NCBI GenBank assembly: GCA_963663765.2
Contig: CAXXUA010000004.1
Coordinates: 544,001 to 608,000, forward strand
Direction of reading: 5' to 3'
Source of the DNA: Candidatus Poribacteria bacterium
GTDB lineage: Bacteria; Poribacteria; WGA-4E; WGA-3G
DNA length: 64,000 nucleotides
Part shown: one piece after another, positions 34,152 to 44,807 of the stretch
Layout of the letters: every line of letters begins with the position of its first letter
Position numbering within the stretch: position 1 is the stretch's first letter
The notes under the pieces: model-generated
Seen by the model: only the letters and a program-made list of their open reading frames with translations
Told to the model about the DNA's origin: nothing
Database searches by the model: none
Translations under genes and position numbers: made by a program

Positions 34152-34414
34152 ATAAAAATGTAAAAAAATGCGTAATTTAGACAGAAAGTAAGTAAAATAA
34201 ACGAATTATTCCTATTTTCGCATGCAAAGTTTTTTAATTGGCATAAATACGATAAAACGTATCTTTTAAATCTCGGTATACACAAACCTAAGAGAACTAT
34301 TATAGTGAATCCATTGCAAGTCTCACTGAAAAGGTGAGGAGTCCAAAGCCGGCTGCGGATGGGTGTGGGGGTTTCTTGTATGGGATAGGGTGTGTAAAGA
34401 TTTTGCACAGAGGT

Positions 34415-35560
34415 ACAAACTTTCGTTCTCTTTAGTCCCGTAGGGACGCAATGTTTATAGAAAGACGTTATACATCCCCTCTCTTGAGTTCCGTAGGAAC
34501 GACATAGAAGGATAAACATATCGTCCCTACGGGACTAAAAAGACGTGGGGATATGTATTTCTATAAACATATCGTCCCTACGGGACTGAAGAATATGGTT
34601 AATATTAACAATATTTCTTTATATTGACACCTAATGAAGTTTGACAATCAAAATCGGTAGTTGAATTCGTAGGGGTTGGGTTCCCCAACCCGTTTGGTTT
34701 TTGAGTTTGCGTAGATCATGTGTGGCAACCACGCCCCTACGAATACACAACTTGAACGTCAAAACTCATTAGGACTCTGCGTCCGCAATCTCTCATTTAA
34801 TCAGTTACGGCGGGGCAGAGAGACCCGGGGAATGCCTAAATGGCATTCATACCGTTGATTTCTTGATTTCTTGATTTCGCCCTACAATGGAGAGTGGGAT
34901 GTTAGTGCAAAAACTTTACACACCCCGATCACCCCTCTCTTGAGTTCCGTAGGAACGACATAGAAGGTTAAAACATATCGTCCCTACGGGACTAAAAAAG
35001 ACGTGAGGATATGTATTTCTATAAACATTGCGTCCCTACGGGACTGAAGCGTATGGTTGATATTAACAATATTTCCTTATATTGACGAGTTGTGCTAAAT
35101 AACTATATGTTGATCATTGTTTCACATATGCATCACGTTTTGCAGGTGTCCTTCATAGTTTGAAACGATCTTCAGTCCCGTAGGGACGATATGTTTATAG
35201 AAAAACGTCATAGTACATCCTCTTTAGTCCCGTAGGGACGATATGTGTGCATTATAAACCTAATATATGTAAAAACTTTAAAAACAATGGGTTAACTGGC
35301 ACAAGTCGTTATATTGACACCTAATGAAGTTTGACAATCAAAATCGGTAGTTGAATTCGTAGGGGTTGGGTTCCCCAACCCGTTTGGTTTTTGAGTTTGC
35401 GTAGATCATGTGTGGCAACCACGCCCCTACGAATACACAACTTGAACGTCAAAACTCATTAGGACTCTGTGTCCGCAATCTCTCATTTAATCAGTTGGGG
35501 CGGGGACAGAGCCCCGCCCTACAATGAAGAATGAGTAGTTTGTGCAAACATTTTACTATG
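34415..35560. repeat. Cluster of nested and duplicated MITE/REP elements
   Basis: Many cgtccctacgggact units; 34620-34810 duplicated at 35310-35500; family B copy at 35085-35309 with TSD TATATTG. Confidence 0.8.
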
Positions 35561-35961
35561 GGATATTCTTGCTTGACAATACTTTTAACTGGAGACTGCC
35601 ATCTCGTAACTTGAGACTGCCATCTCGGTGTTTATAGGATGTAAATCAACACTGAACGTGCAGACTGAAATCCACGGAACGCTTCTGTTTTTAGATAAAA
35701 CATATTTTTATAATTCGCCATATATAATGGTTAATCCTACTTTCCGCACTTTAAATTTGCGTTTTTCGATATTAATATGGTAAACCCTTACGTAGCCTAA
35801 GTTTAGCAAACATTTTCAATATTAAAGATTCAATAACAAGTTGAATCCAGTCTAAAAATTTAGAACACGAGATCTCCATTATTGTGTGCGAATCCTTGTT
35901 TGACATGGGTTTATTCTAATATTATAAAAATCTCTCAAAACAAGTGCGGAAAGTAAGGTTA

Positions 35962-36011
35962 ATGCAACTTGACACCAAATGCTGCAAGGTATTTGGTGTC
36001 AAGTTGTATTA
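35962..36011. terminator. Long hairpin downstream of the transglutaminase-like gene
   Basis: atgcaacttgacaccaaat...atttggtgtcaagttgtat. Confidence 0.55.
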
Positions 36012-36021
36012 ATATGAGAGA

Positions 36022-37524
36022 TTATTTCAAAGGTTTTTGAGATGAGCTTTCAAGAATGTCTATTTTGAGCTGATTGAGAGTGTTAGAAACTCCCTCTGTC
36101 AATTCTATTAGTGTATCCGATTCCAAGTTGCTTCCTGCCAGTTGGATATGATTTGCATCGGCGATCATCTGTCCTAATGTTGGTTCCATTGGGATCCAGG
36201 TACCGACGTAAACCTCGGGCCAAAAATGGTAATAAAAGGCATTTCCCGAAAATGCTAAACCTGAACAGATTCGTGCTGGAATTCCGACTGATCGCGCTAA
36301 GGCAGTCAACAACACGCTGAGTTCTGTACAGTCACCGGTAAGGGACTCAAGGGTTGTCAGTGAAGTGGCAAAACCGTTGTTAATCTTTTTCCGAGTTGAT
36401 TTGTAAACCCATTGGTATAATTTTTTTGCTGCTCGCCATGAGTTGGTTTCACCATCCAAGATTTCTAACGCTTTTGCCCTGATAGTTGGATGATCAGCTT
36501 GGACATAAGCAGTTGCGGATAGAAAAGGCTTAAGTTCCGGATGTTTGATCGGCAAATTTGGACTATTTTTCGCGTTGACCTTCGGAACATTAATGGTGAG
36601 TTTTCCCCGCATGTCGGAAACGTTCTCCAGTTTTTGGCGACTGTTGGTCATAATGGTTTGGTCAATTTTTCCTTTTTTGACTTGTACATTTGCAATCAGT
36701 CGTGATGCTTTAGGTCTCAGTTTTTTACCTGTCGGTAAGATACGCGACTTTAAAATAATATCCACCTCTTCTACATCGCCCAATGCAGTTTTTTTATCTG
36801 TTTTGGTCACCATTATAGATACACCCGCTCTATCCTTTGACTCTGATCTGTATATCGTCCCATCAGGACTAACCCAATGTCGTAGATTAATTCCACCTAC
36901 AATGTCAACCTTTTCTTGTAAAATGTATACATGCTTTTCCTCTGATTGATAAGTAAGAATCTCTTCTCCCATGATTCTGATTTCTGATTTTGCTGGTTGA
37001 AAAAGTTCAAAAACAAAAGTGTGAAAATTTCGTTTTATGCCAATTTTTACGTTGTTTCCCGCCAAAAAAGAATATATAGCCATGTGTTCAGAAACGGTGT
37101 CTGGAGGAAAAACTACCCTCGATTCCGTTGTTTCACCATTGAGGATGGTCTTGATGTGTGCTACTCCATTTAATACCTCACCTTCAACTTGTTTCGATTC
37201 GCCTTGATTGGTAGTTGAAGAAAAGTAACGCGGTGTAAAATTGGAATCTATGTATTCAACGAGAGTAACCTCATTTTTCATTTTTGCCCTAATTCCCTTA
37301 ACCTGTGTCATTATCTTTGTTTTACTCAGGATCATGGGCTCTCCCTGATATTCGGTTTTTTCAAGAGATATATGCATATAACCGATCTTTGACCCATCCA
37401 TGGCGACGTTATACCAATGTTCTTCTGGATGTTGTAGCATGCCTTCAAAATTAAAGGTATATACTGTTGTCACTATTGAAATAAACAGTAAAATAGATAA
37501 AAAGTAAATTTTTAAACGCTTCAT
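36022..37524 (-). CDS. Secreted transglutaminase-like domain protein
   Basis: Signal peptide; GDCTELSVLLTALARSVGIPAR, HFWPEVY, WIPMEPT. Confidence 0.88.
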   Translation of the reverse strand: MKRLKIYFLSILLFISIVTTVYTFNFEGMLQHPEEHWYNVAMDGSKIGYMHISLEKTEYQGEPMILSKTKIMTQVKGIRAKMKNEVTLVEYIDSNFTPRYFSSTTNQGESKQVEGEVLNGVAHIKTILNGETTESRVVFPPDTVSEHMAIYSFLAGNNVKIGIKRNFHTFVFELFQPAKSEIRIMGEEILTYQSEEKHVYILQEKVDIVGGINLRHWVSPDGTIYRSESKDRAGVSIMVTKTDKKTALGDVEEVDIILKSRILPTGKKLRPKASRLIANVQVKKGKIDQTIMTNSRQKLENVSDMRGKLTINVPKVNAKNSPNLPIKHPELKPFLSATAYVQADHPTIRAKALEILDGETNSWRAAKKLYQWVYKSTRKKINNGFATSLTTLESLTGDCTELSVLLTALARSVGIPARICSGLAFSGNAFYYHFWPEVYVGTWIPMEPTLGQMIADANHIQLAGSNLESDTLIELTEGVSNTLNQLKIDILESSSQKPLK

Positions 37525-37891
37525 AACAATTATTTCTCCATAAAATATAATTATTATAGTAGAATTTAGAATTACCTGAACACTTTGATCTACGCGTTTA
37601 GCAAAACTTGTAGCATAACCTGTTAGGTTGTGCTACAGTAGTGTAAAGATAATTACAGATTTTACAATAATATCAAAACTCACAGGTAATGCAACAAACC
37701 GGTAATGCAACAAACCGTGTTTACGATGTTTATGTTTTTTAATCAAAACTGCAAAAATTCACCCAATTTTCTGTGTCTTTTGATGTTATTAGGTATTTCT
37801 AATAACAAACTTTACTTTGATACAGATCACTGGGTGACCATTGTTCTATGATTTCCAACTGAGGTTTCTATTCATCTGCGGGTTCAAGTGT

Positions 37892-38527
37892 TCAGTTAGC
37901 ATTAAAAACTTCAACAGAAGCATTAGATGATGATTTAAAACGTTGTACTGCCTCATAAACTTTGATAAGCTTTCCTAATTGTTGACGCTTTTCGTTTTCC
38001 TCGGGTAAAACCGATATTAATTCCTCAAGAACTTCAATTATTTCTCCAATATTTGCATCTCCACTTTCTATTATTTTATTGTGTTTCTCAAGTACAGCTT
38101 GAACTTCGGGACTCATTATTGCCAATTCCTCAGGAGAGAAATATTCTGTATCTGACTCTAAACCATGAAGTGTCGATTTAGCATCAAATTTAGGTTTGGA
38201 TTTAGCATCAAATTTAGGTTTGGATGCGCCTTGATCTATCTCGTTGCCTGCTATCTCAGAAATCGCTTGTTTAGATTCTGATGGAGATTCTGTTTGATTA
38301 TCTATATTTTGGTTGGCAGTTTTTTCTAATGGTGTAGGCATAGCTTGATCTGGTGTAGGCATAGCTTGATCTGGTGTAGGCATAGCTTGATCGGAATGTG
38401 TTTCCCCTAATTCTGAGACGAAACGACTGTAATCCCATCGTGTGTAAAAATAGAAACTGCCATAACTAAATACTGCGATAATGAATACAATTCCGAGTAT
38501 TATTCTAGAATCTGAATTTTTTAACAT
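37892..38527 (-). CDS. Hypothetical membrane-anchored protein with short tandem repeats
   Basis: AAGGAG RBS, N-terminal TM, DQAMPTP x3, SKPKFDAK x2. Confidence 0.75.
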   Translation of the reverse strand: MLKNSDSRIILGIVFIIAVFSYGSFYFYTRWDYSRFVSELGETHSDQAMPTPDQAMPTPDQAMPTPLEKTANQNIDNQTESPSESKQAISEIAGNEIDQGASKPKFDAKSKPKFDAKSTLHGLESDTEYFSPEELAIMSPEVQAVLEKHNKIIESGDANIGEIIEVLEELISVLPEENEKRQQLGKLIKVYEAVQRFKSSSNASVEVFNAN

Positions 38528-38790
38528 CTTTACTCCTTATTCTAAAAGTTTAAACAATTTACAAACTTTTAGATTTTCAAAGCGACATTTGTAATAGAAT
38601 ATTGCTCATATTTTAAAGTTTCAACCTAACAGTCGGTATAAAATCTAACAGTCGGTATAAAATTTCAATTTTATATTAATATTTTACAGTATTTCATTAA
38701 ACCAAACTACCACATAAAAACTAAAACACTTCCAGTCTATTAACAAATGATCACCAATTATATTGTATGTTTCATTTTAATTGAGAAATG

Positions 38791-38827
38791 CCTCGGTAGG
38801 TACAACTACAAACTGTACCTACCGAGG
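38791..38827. terminator. Hairpin, probable terminator of 38965-39432
   Basis: cctcggtaggtaca...tgtacctaccgagg. Confidence 0.55.
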
Positions 38828-38964
38828 CTGAAGGACCGGAACCAAAAACCCAAAAGAATTCTGTAATTCTTATTGACGATCTCACAAGAGTCATTAGAAA
38901 TCTATTGACAACCCATTATTGATACAATCGTTAAGGGTTACGGCTTACAGTGTTCACATCCTTC

Positions 38965-39432
38965 TCATTCCTTTAATAATTCCTCTAACTCAATAACTGT
39001 TAACTCAATAACTGTTGAGATATCAGTTTCTTCAAAGTTTTCGGAATTTTCTAAGAATTCCTTGAACTCAAATGGATCAGCGAATTCGTGCGTGGAACTG
39101 TCCACTTCCACATCTACATTAACAGGTGCATCTCCACCAAAGATTGATTTAATGTCGTCAAATAGAGCCATTAAGTCATCCATAGATTGAAGACTCTCTG
39201 CATCGATATGATCAGCAGGTAATGCCGAGTTCAAATTATCAAAGGCTTCAATTAACCCATCAAAATCAGTTACTTCTGCCAATTCGTCAACTGCTGAATT
39301 AATTTCTGCCAAAACATCTTCTGCACAGTGACTGTTGTAATCCCAGCGTGCGTCAAGATGGACACCAGCATAGACAGGTGCTGTAGCAATCAGCAAAGCT
39401 AGGAATATTCCGAAACCAAATGTTTTTAACAT
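38965..39432 (-). CDS. Hypothetical secreted acidic protein
   Basis: AAGGAG RBS, signal peptide ending VYA, very D/E-rich. Confidence 0.75.
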   Translation of the reverse strand: MLKTFGFGIFLALLIATAPVYAGVHLDARWDYNSHCAEDVLAEINSAVDELAEVTDFDGLIEAFDNLNSALPADHIDAESLQSMDDLMALFDDIKSIFGGDAPVNVDVEVDSSTHEFADPFEFKEFLENSENFEETDISTVIELTVIELEELLKE

Positions 39433-39628
39433 TGTTTTACTCCTTTGTAAAATTAAATTTAGACAGTATAATTACACTGTCTGAATGACTACTTCAGAAA
39501 AATATGAAGTAGATCATTTGAGATATAAAGACATATTTTATAATTCTAAGAAGATAAAATAACAAATATGTCTATACATCACTTACATTCAGTATATACA
39601 CTATGTATCTCAAAATGTTCCCAATAAA

Positions 39629-39919
39629 TTATAAAGATTGGGTAGATGTTACTATGGTGCCGCCGCTGATGGCAGGAAGGAAATGGAGTTCGGACTCTTC
39701 GTCAACATGATCATGCATAGCGGTTCTGGTCAGCACACCGTTGATATAGACATTGACACTGGGGTGTATACGGTCACCGTCACATAACTTTTCCTTTGTG
39801 CCGGGATAGCGTTTTTCAAGGTTGTCAATGATCTCGCGGAGTGTATTGCCTTTCACTGAGACAATATCTTTACCGCCAGTCAGGTTTCGCATAAGGGATG
39901 GGATGGCTACGGTTGGCAT
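39629..39919 (-). CDS. moaD: MoaD/ThiS ubiquitin-like sulfur carrier
   Basis: Beta-grasp pattern with LPAISGG and a short C-terminal extension. Confidence 0.75.
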   Translation of the reverse strand: MPTVAIPSLMRNLTGGKDIVSVKGNTLREIIDNLEKRYPGTKEKLCDGDRIHPSVNVYINGVLTRTAMHDHVDEESELHFLPAISGGTIVTSTQSL

Positions 39920-39998
39920 TCTTGTAGTTCCTGATTGGATAGGCGCGACATGACACCGCGCCTAAAGAATTGTAGAAACTTGTAACTATGATGAAGTG

Positions 39999-42254
39999 CT
40001 ATATTTTACCCATTGCTTTCAAGAGACGGTCGGGGGACATCGGGAGTTCTGTCATGCGGACACCGATTGCGTCGTAAATGGCGTTAGCAATTGCTGCTGG
40101 TGGCGGAATAATTGGCACTTCACCTACACCGCGCACTCCGTACGGGTGTCCTGGATTCGGCACTTCTACGATGACAGTATCAATCATCGGGAGGTCCAAA
40201 CAGGTTGGCATGCGATAATCTAAAAAACTGGCGTTTGTCATTGCACCATCAGCATTGTATATGTATTCCTCGTTTAATGCCCAACCGATACCTTGAACGA
40301 CTCCACCTTGTATTTGTCCTTCAACATAACTCGGATGTATGGCTTTTCCAGCATCTTGCGTCGCGGTGTATCGTAGGATTTCAACCTTGCCGGTTTCGAC
40401 ATCCACTGCAACATCAACGACGTGTGTTGCGAATGCACCACCTGCACCTGCGGGGTTCATTGTGGCTCTGCCGATAACAGGTCCGCCAGTTTCACCGAGT
40501 CTTGCGGATAGATCGCGGAAACTGATCTGTTGCTCTTTTCCGTTGATACTTGAGAATTCACCATCAACAAACTGTATATTGTCTTCTTTAACATCCCAGA
40601 GTTTTGCAGCACGTGTCTTCATCTGTTGGACAACATCTTGTGCTGCTTGATATGCTGCATAACCTGTAGCGTAAGTTGTACGGCTACCACCTGTCACTGC
40701 AGTATAACCGATGGAATTGGTATCCACCACGGTTGGATTAACAGATTCAGCGGGAATGCCGAGGACTTCTGCTGCTTGCATAGCGATTGAGGCGCGAGTG
40801 CCACCGATATCTGTAGAACCTTCAACAAGGTTGACCGTACCATCAGGATTGACGTTGATAGTAACGCTGGATTCCAGGCCGATATTAAACCAGAAACCTG
40901 ATGCGACGCCACGTCCATGATACTTTTTACCGTTTGATGAGGCATAATGTGGGTGTTCTTTGGCTGCTTCAATTGATTCTATGAATCCAATGCGTGGGAA
41001 AACAGGACCGTCTGCGCGTCGATCCCCTTCTTTTGCACCATTTTTTAGCCGTATCTCAAGTGGATCTATGTATAATGTTTCGGCGAGTTCGTCAATGACG
41101 GTTTCTGTACCGAATGCAGCATTCGTTGCACCTGGTGCGCGATAGGGTGCAGTTTTCGGTTTGTTCACCACGACATCGTATCCATCAATCAGGACATTTT
41201 CAATGTTGTAAGGGGCAAAGACACACATCGCACCTGCACCGACCGGTGATCCCGGATATGCGCCTGCTTCAAAGACAAGTGATGTTTGTGCTGCAGTGAT
41301 TTTACCATCGTTTGTAGCTCCAATTTTTATCGTAATGTAAGAAGCAGGCGTTGGTCCAGTGCCTTCAAATACATCAGCACGGTTCATCAAGACCTTAACC
41401 GGTTTGCCTGTTTTCTTTGCAAGGAGAGCAGCGACTGGTTTGATATAGACGTTAATCTTCCCACCAAAACCGCCGCCAATCTCTAATGGGACAACCTTGA
41501 TTTTTGAAATCGGGTATTGGAGGATTTCCGCAAGTTGTTCACGAACAGTAAATGCACCCTGTGTGCTGCACCAAACGGTCAACTGCCCGTCTGGGTTGTA
41601 AAGCGCGGTGGCGTTGTGTGGTTCAATATATCCTTGATGAACGGTACCAGTAACGAATTCTCTTTCAATCACGACATCAGCTTCGGTGAAGCCTTTTTCA
41701 ATGTCTCCTTTTTTGTGCTGAAGATGGCTTGCAACATTACTCGGTTTATCTCCAGTTTCGCCAAGTGAGGATGTTCTTATATTATCGTGCAGAATTGGTG
41801 CGTCCGGTTCCATTGCTTGTCGTACTTCTAACACTGGGGGTAACACTTCGTATTCAACATCAATAAGTGTGCAAGCCTCTTCTGCAATATGCGGATTGCT
41901 TGCAGCAACGGCTGCGATGGCATGTCCTTTATAGAGTGCTTTGTCACTGGCTAAAATGTTGTCACAGAGGTATTTGAGATTGACTGCGCCTTCACCAAGG
42001 TCAGCCATTTTGTCCTCTGCTGCGGGTAGGTCTTGTGCGGTAACGATTCCTTTCACACCAGGAAGTGCTTCAGCGCGACTTGTGTCTATTGAGACGATTT
42101 TGGCGTGTGCATGCGGACTGCGTAAGACTCTACCATGCAAGAGTCCAGTAATCTGAAAATCTGCTCCGTATATTGCTCTACCTGTGACTTTATCAACACC
42201 ATCATGCCGGATGGGTCGGGTTCCAATAACTTTATATTCTTTTTTTTCAGACAT
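39999..42254 (-). CDS. Xanthine dehydrogenase-family molybdopterin-binding subunit (CoxL-like)
   Basis: GGGFGGK, GGSRTT, EGQIQGGVVQGIG, GVGEVP; active-site loop PYRAPG. Confidence 0.92.
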   Translation of the reverse strand: MSEKKEYKVIGTRPIRHDGVDKVTGRAIYGADFQITGLLHGRVLRSPHAHAKIVSIDTSRAEALPGVKGIVTAQDLPAAEDKMADLGEGAVNLKYLCDNILASDKALYKGHAIAAVAASNPHIAEEACTLIDVEYEVLPPVLEVRQAMEPDAPILHDNIRTSSLGETGDKPSNVASHLQHKKGDIEKGFTEADVVIEREFVTGTVHQGYIEPHNATALYNPDGQLTVWCSTQGAFTVREQLAEILQYPISKIKVVPLEIGGGFGGKINVYIKPVAALLAKKTGKPVKVLMNRADVFEGTGPTPASYITIKIGATNDGKITAAQTSLVFEAGAYPGSPVGAGAMCVFAPYNIENVLIDGYDVVVNKPKTAPYRAPGATNAAFGTETVIDELAETLYIDPLEIRLKNGAKEGDRRADGPVFPRIGFIESIEAAKEHPHYASSNGKKYHGRGVASGFWFNIGLESSVTINVNPDGTVNLVEGSTDIGGTRASIAMQAAEVLGIPAESVNPTVVDTNSIGYTAVTGGSRTTYATGYAAYQAAQDVVQQMKTRAAKLWDVKEDNIQFVDGEFSSINGKEQQISFRDLSARLGETGGPVIGRATMNPAGAGGAFATHVVDVAVDVETGKVEILRYTATQDAGKAIHPSYVEGQIQGGVVQGIGWALNEEYIYNADGAMTNASFLDYRMPTCLDLPMIDTVIVEVPNPGHPYGVRGVGEVPIIPPPAAIANAIYDAIGVRMTELPMSPDRLLKAMGKI

Positions 42255-42266
42255 AAAGATACTCCT

Positions 42267-42737
42267 TTACGTAGCTGCGACTGCATCAAGTACAGCACGC
42301 ACAATTTTATCGTAACCTGTACAACGGCACAAATTTCCTGCTAACCAGTATCGGACTTCGTGTTCTGTTGGGTTTGGGTTCTTATCAAGCAGTGCTTTTG
42401 CGCTCATGATAAAACCGGGTGTGCAGATACCACACTGGAGTGCGGCGTTTTCAAGAAAGGCATCTTGTATCGGGTGCAATTTATCTGGTTCGGCAAGCCC
42501 CTCAATGGTTTCAACAGATTTGCCATCAATCTCTACACCTAAGACGAGGCAAGAATTCACAAGTCTGCCATCAAGGATAACACTGCAGGCACCACAATTT
42601 CCGTTGTTGCATCCCTCTTTTGCACCTGTGAGGTGGAGTTCATCTCGTAAGACTTCTAATAGACTTTGTCGTGGTTCACAGAGAAATTCCACCGTTTCAC
42701 CATTGATTGTGGTTTGAACGTGCGATTTTCTGACCAT
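42267..42737 (-). CDS. (2Fe-2S) subunit, CoxS-like
   Basis: GCNNGNCGAC, QCGICTPG, NLCRCTGY. Confidence 0.95.
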   Translation of the reverse strand: MVRKSHVQTTINGETVEFLCEPRQSLLEVLRDELHLTGAKEGCNNGNCGACSVILDGRLVNSCLVLGVEIDGKSVETIEGLAEPDKLHPIQDAFLENAALQCGICTPGFIMSAKALLDKNPNPTEHEVRYWLAGNLCRCTGYDKIVRAVLDAVAAT

Positions 42738-42815
42738 AGTATCTGTTCCTTCTATTTTAAAGTTCGGGTATCAATCCGTGTCAATCCCTCATAAATATAT
42801 ATGGTGGTATTACAA

Positions 42816-43694
42816 TTATGCTGCGTCTCTGACTCTTTGGATAGCACCGTTGAGTGCGCGTCGTGTGAGAACACCAACGAGGTGCGTTCGTTGTTCCGCA
42901 GTCCCGCGCATGTCGCTAATCGGACGAGCGATAACTTGTGCAGCTTGTGCGGCTTCGTCAATAGCGGCTTCGGATATTTCCCTGTCAGCGAGAAGTGTGC
43001 TTGCTTCTTCCGCAAATAATGGTGTGGGAGCCACTGCAGCGAGTGCGATTCGTGCAGAGATAATACGTTCTTTCTTATCATCTAATACTACTGCTGCACC
43101 TGCACCGACGACTGCTATATCCATTTCGTTGCGTGGTATAAATCTGAGATAGTATGAGCTTGAATTTTGTTGAGGTGCAGGAATTTTTATGGAGACAAGC
43201 ATCTCTCCTTTTTCAAGTACTGTTTGCCCGGGAGCAGTACAGAAATCTTCAACAGGGATTTCACGTTTACCGTTCGTGCCTGCAATGTTACAAGTAGCAT
43301 TTAGCACTATTAGGGGTGGGATACCATCTGCAGCGGGTGATGCGTTACATAGATTTCCACCGACCCCCGCGCGTCCCTGAATTGCAGTGCCACCGATGAT
43401 TGTGGTTGCGTCAATTAAACCGGGGTATGCATTGCAAACCGCATCAGCAGCATATATCTGATAACACGGGACTGATGCACCGAGGGTTAATCCTGTTTCT
43501 GAGTCATAAGATAATTCATTGACATCGGGAATGGATTTGATGTCAATCATCCAGCCAAGTGTTCTTTTACCCTCTCTTGCTTGAACGATCAGGTCGGTAC
43601 CACCCGCAAGGATACGTGCTTTGTCACCTTTTTCGTACAGCAGTGATACTGCTTCGGATACCGTTTTAGCATTGATATACTCAAATGCTTGCAT
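42816..43694 (-). CDS. FAD-binding subunit, CoxM-like
   Basis: LAGGTDL, GGNLCNASPAAD, PISDMRG. Confidence 0.94.
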   Translation of the reverse strand: MQAFEYINAKTVSEAVSLLYEKGDKARILAGGTDLIVQAREGKRTLGWMIDIKSIPDVNELSYDSETGLTLGASVPCYQIYAADAVCNAYPGLIDATTIIGGTAIQGRAGVGGNLCNASPAADGIPPLIVLNATCNIAGTNGKREIPVEDFCTAPGQTVLEKGEMLVSIKIPAPQQNSSSYYLRFIPRNEMDIAVVGAGAAVVLDDKKERIISARIALAAVAPTPLFAEEASTLLADREISEAAIDEAAQAAQVIARPISDMRGTAEQRTHLVGVLTRRALNGAIQRVRDAA

Positions 43695-43904
43695 GGCAAC
43701 AATCTCCTTTCTTCTGATTAAACTGTCATTTCAAAATTGATTATACCACATTTAAGAATAGTTGCAAGTTTTTTCGTTGAAAATGTCAAGGACAGACGTA
43801 TATCGGGGTTGGAACCCTTCCTACAAGTATAAGAACATAGGGAAAAAAAATAGCGATGGTTCAACACTTGCTGAACAACCGCACGATAGGAGTCATAATA
43901 AAAA

Positions 43905-43980
43905 TGGTGGAGGATACCAGACTTGAACTGGTGACCCCTTGCATGCCATGCAAGTGCTCTCCCAACTGAGCTAATCCCCC
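43905..43980 (-). tRNA. tRNA-Ala(GGC), CCA encoded
   Basis: Cloverleaf with a G3-U70 pair, anticodon GGC. Confidence 0.96.
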
Positions 43981-44291
43981 ACTTTGTTTGTCTTTATATA
44001 ATAACATATATTTTTCCAAAAAGCAAATAAAATATTAATCACGGTATCAATCATAGGGAGTGCTAAACTGGAATGTCTTAGGTAGCATACATCAGATCAA
44101 AGGTATGAATGCCGTTGGGTGAATTCTCGTTTTGCATTCGCTATGATTCCCCGGAAATCTTACCTACGATAAGGATGAAGACGGCGCAGCGTAGTGCCCC
44201 GAAATTGGGTGTAGAAATTGAAGGGTCTTGTGTAAGTTATGGGGTATGTAAAGTTTTGGTTACTGGATGTAGGGGCGGGGTCTCCCTGCCC

Positions 44292-44432
44292 TATAGGCGT
44301 CAATTTAAGAAGTAGTGTTGCATTTTCTCTTGTGGGAGGGGTTTTCAACCCCGATTTGAGAGGAAAAGCGCATAAATTCGGGGTTGAAAACCCCTCCCAC
44401 AATACGTCAAAATCCTTAAATTGACGCTTATG
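44292..44432. mobile_element. MITE family C within a REP cluster (~44080-44600)
   Basis: Homologous to 30638-30780. Confidence 0.8.
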
Positions 44433-44807
44433 GGGCGTGGCAACCACGCCCCTACGAATACACAAAATACACAACTTGAACGTCAAAACTCATTAGGGCT
44501 CTGTACCCCGCAATCTCTCATTTAATCAGTTGGAGTGGGTACAGAGTCCCACCCTACAATGAAGAATGAGTAGTTTGTGCAAAAGTTTTTGCACACCCGT
44601 AAGTTATGTACTCTATTGACATCTGTATAGAACTTCTGTATAATAATTTAATACAACGTATCTCAAAAATGCGATTTTGTTTAAATTCACAGGAACGTGT
44701 GTCGCGTAAATCGGGGTTAGTAAGCCTTCCAACCATTTTTGAGATTGGTTGTAGGAGAAAAGCACAAAAACGATTGACAGAATATTGACTGTCCTTTGAG
44801 GTGGCAA

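Noticed and set aside
39999-42254. Aerobic CO dehydrogenase (coxL)
   Set aside because: Lacks the AYxCSFR active-site motif
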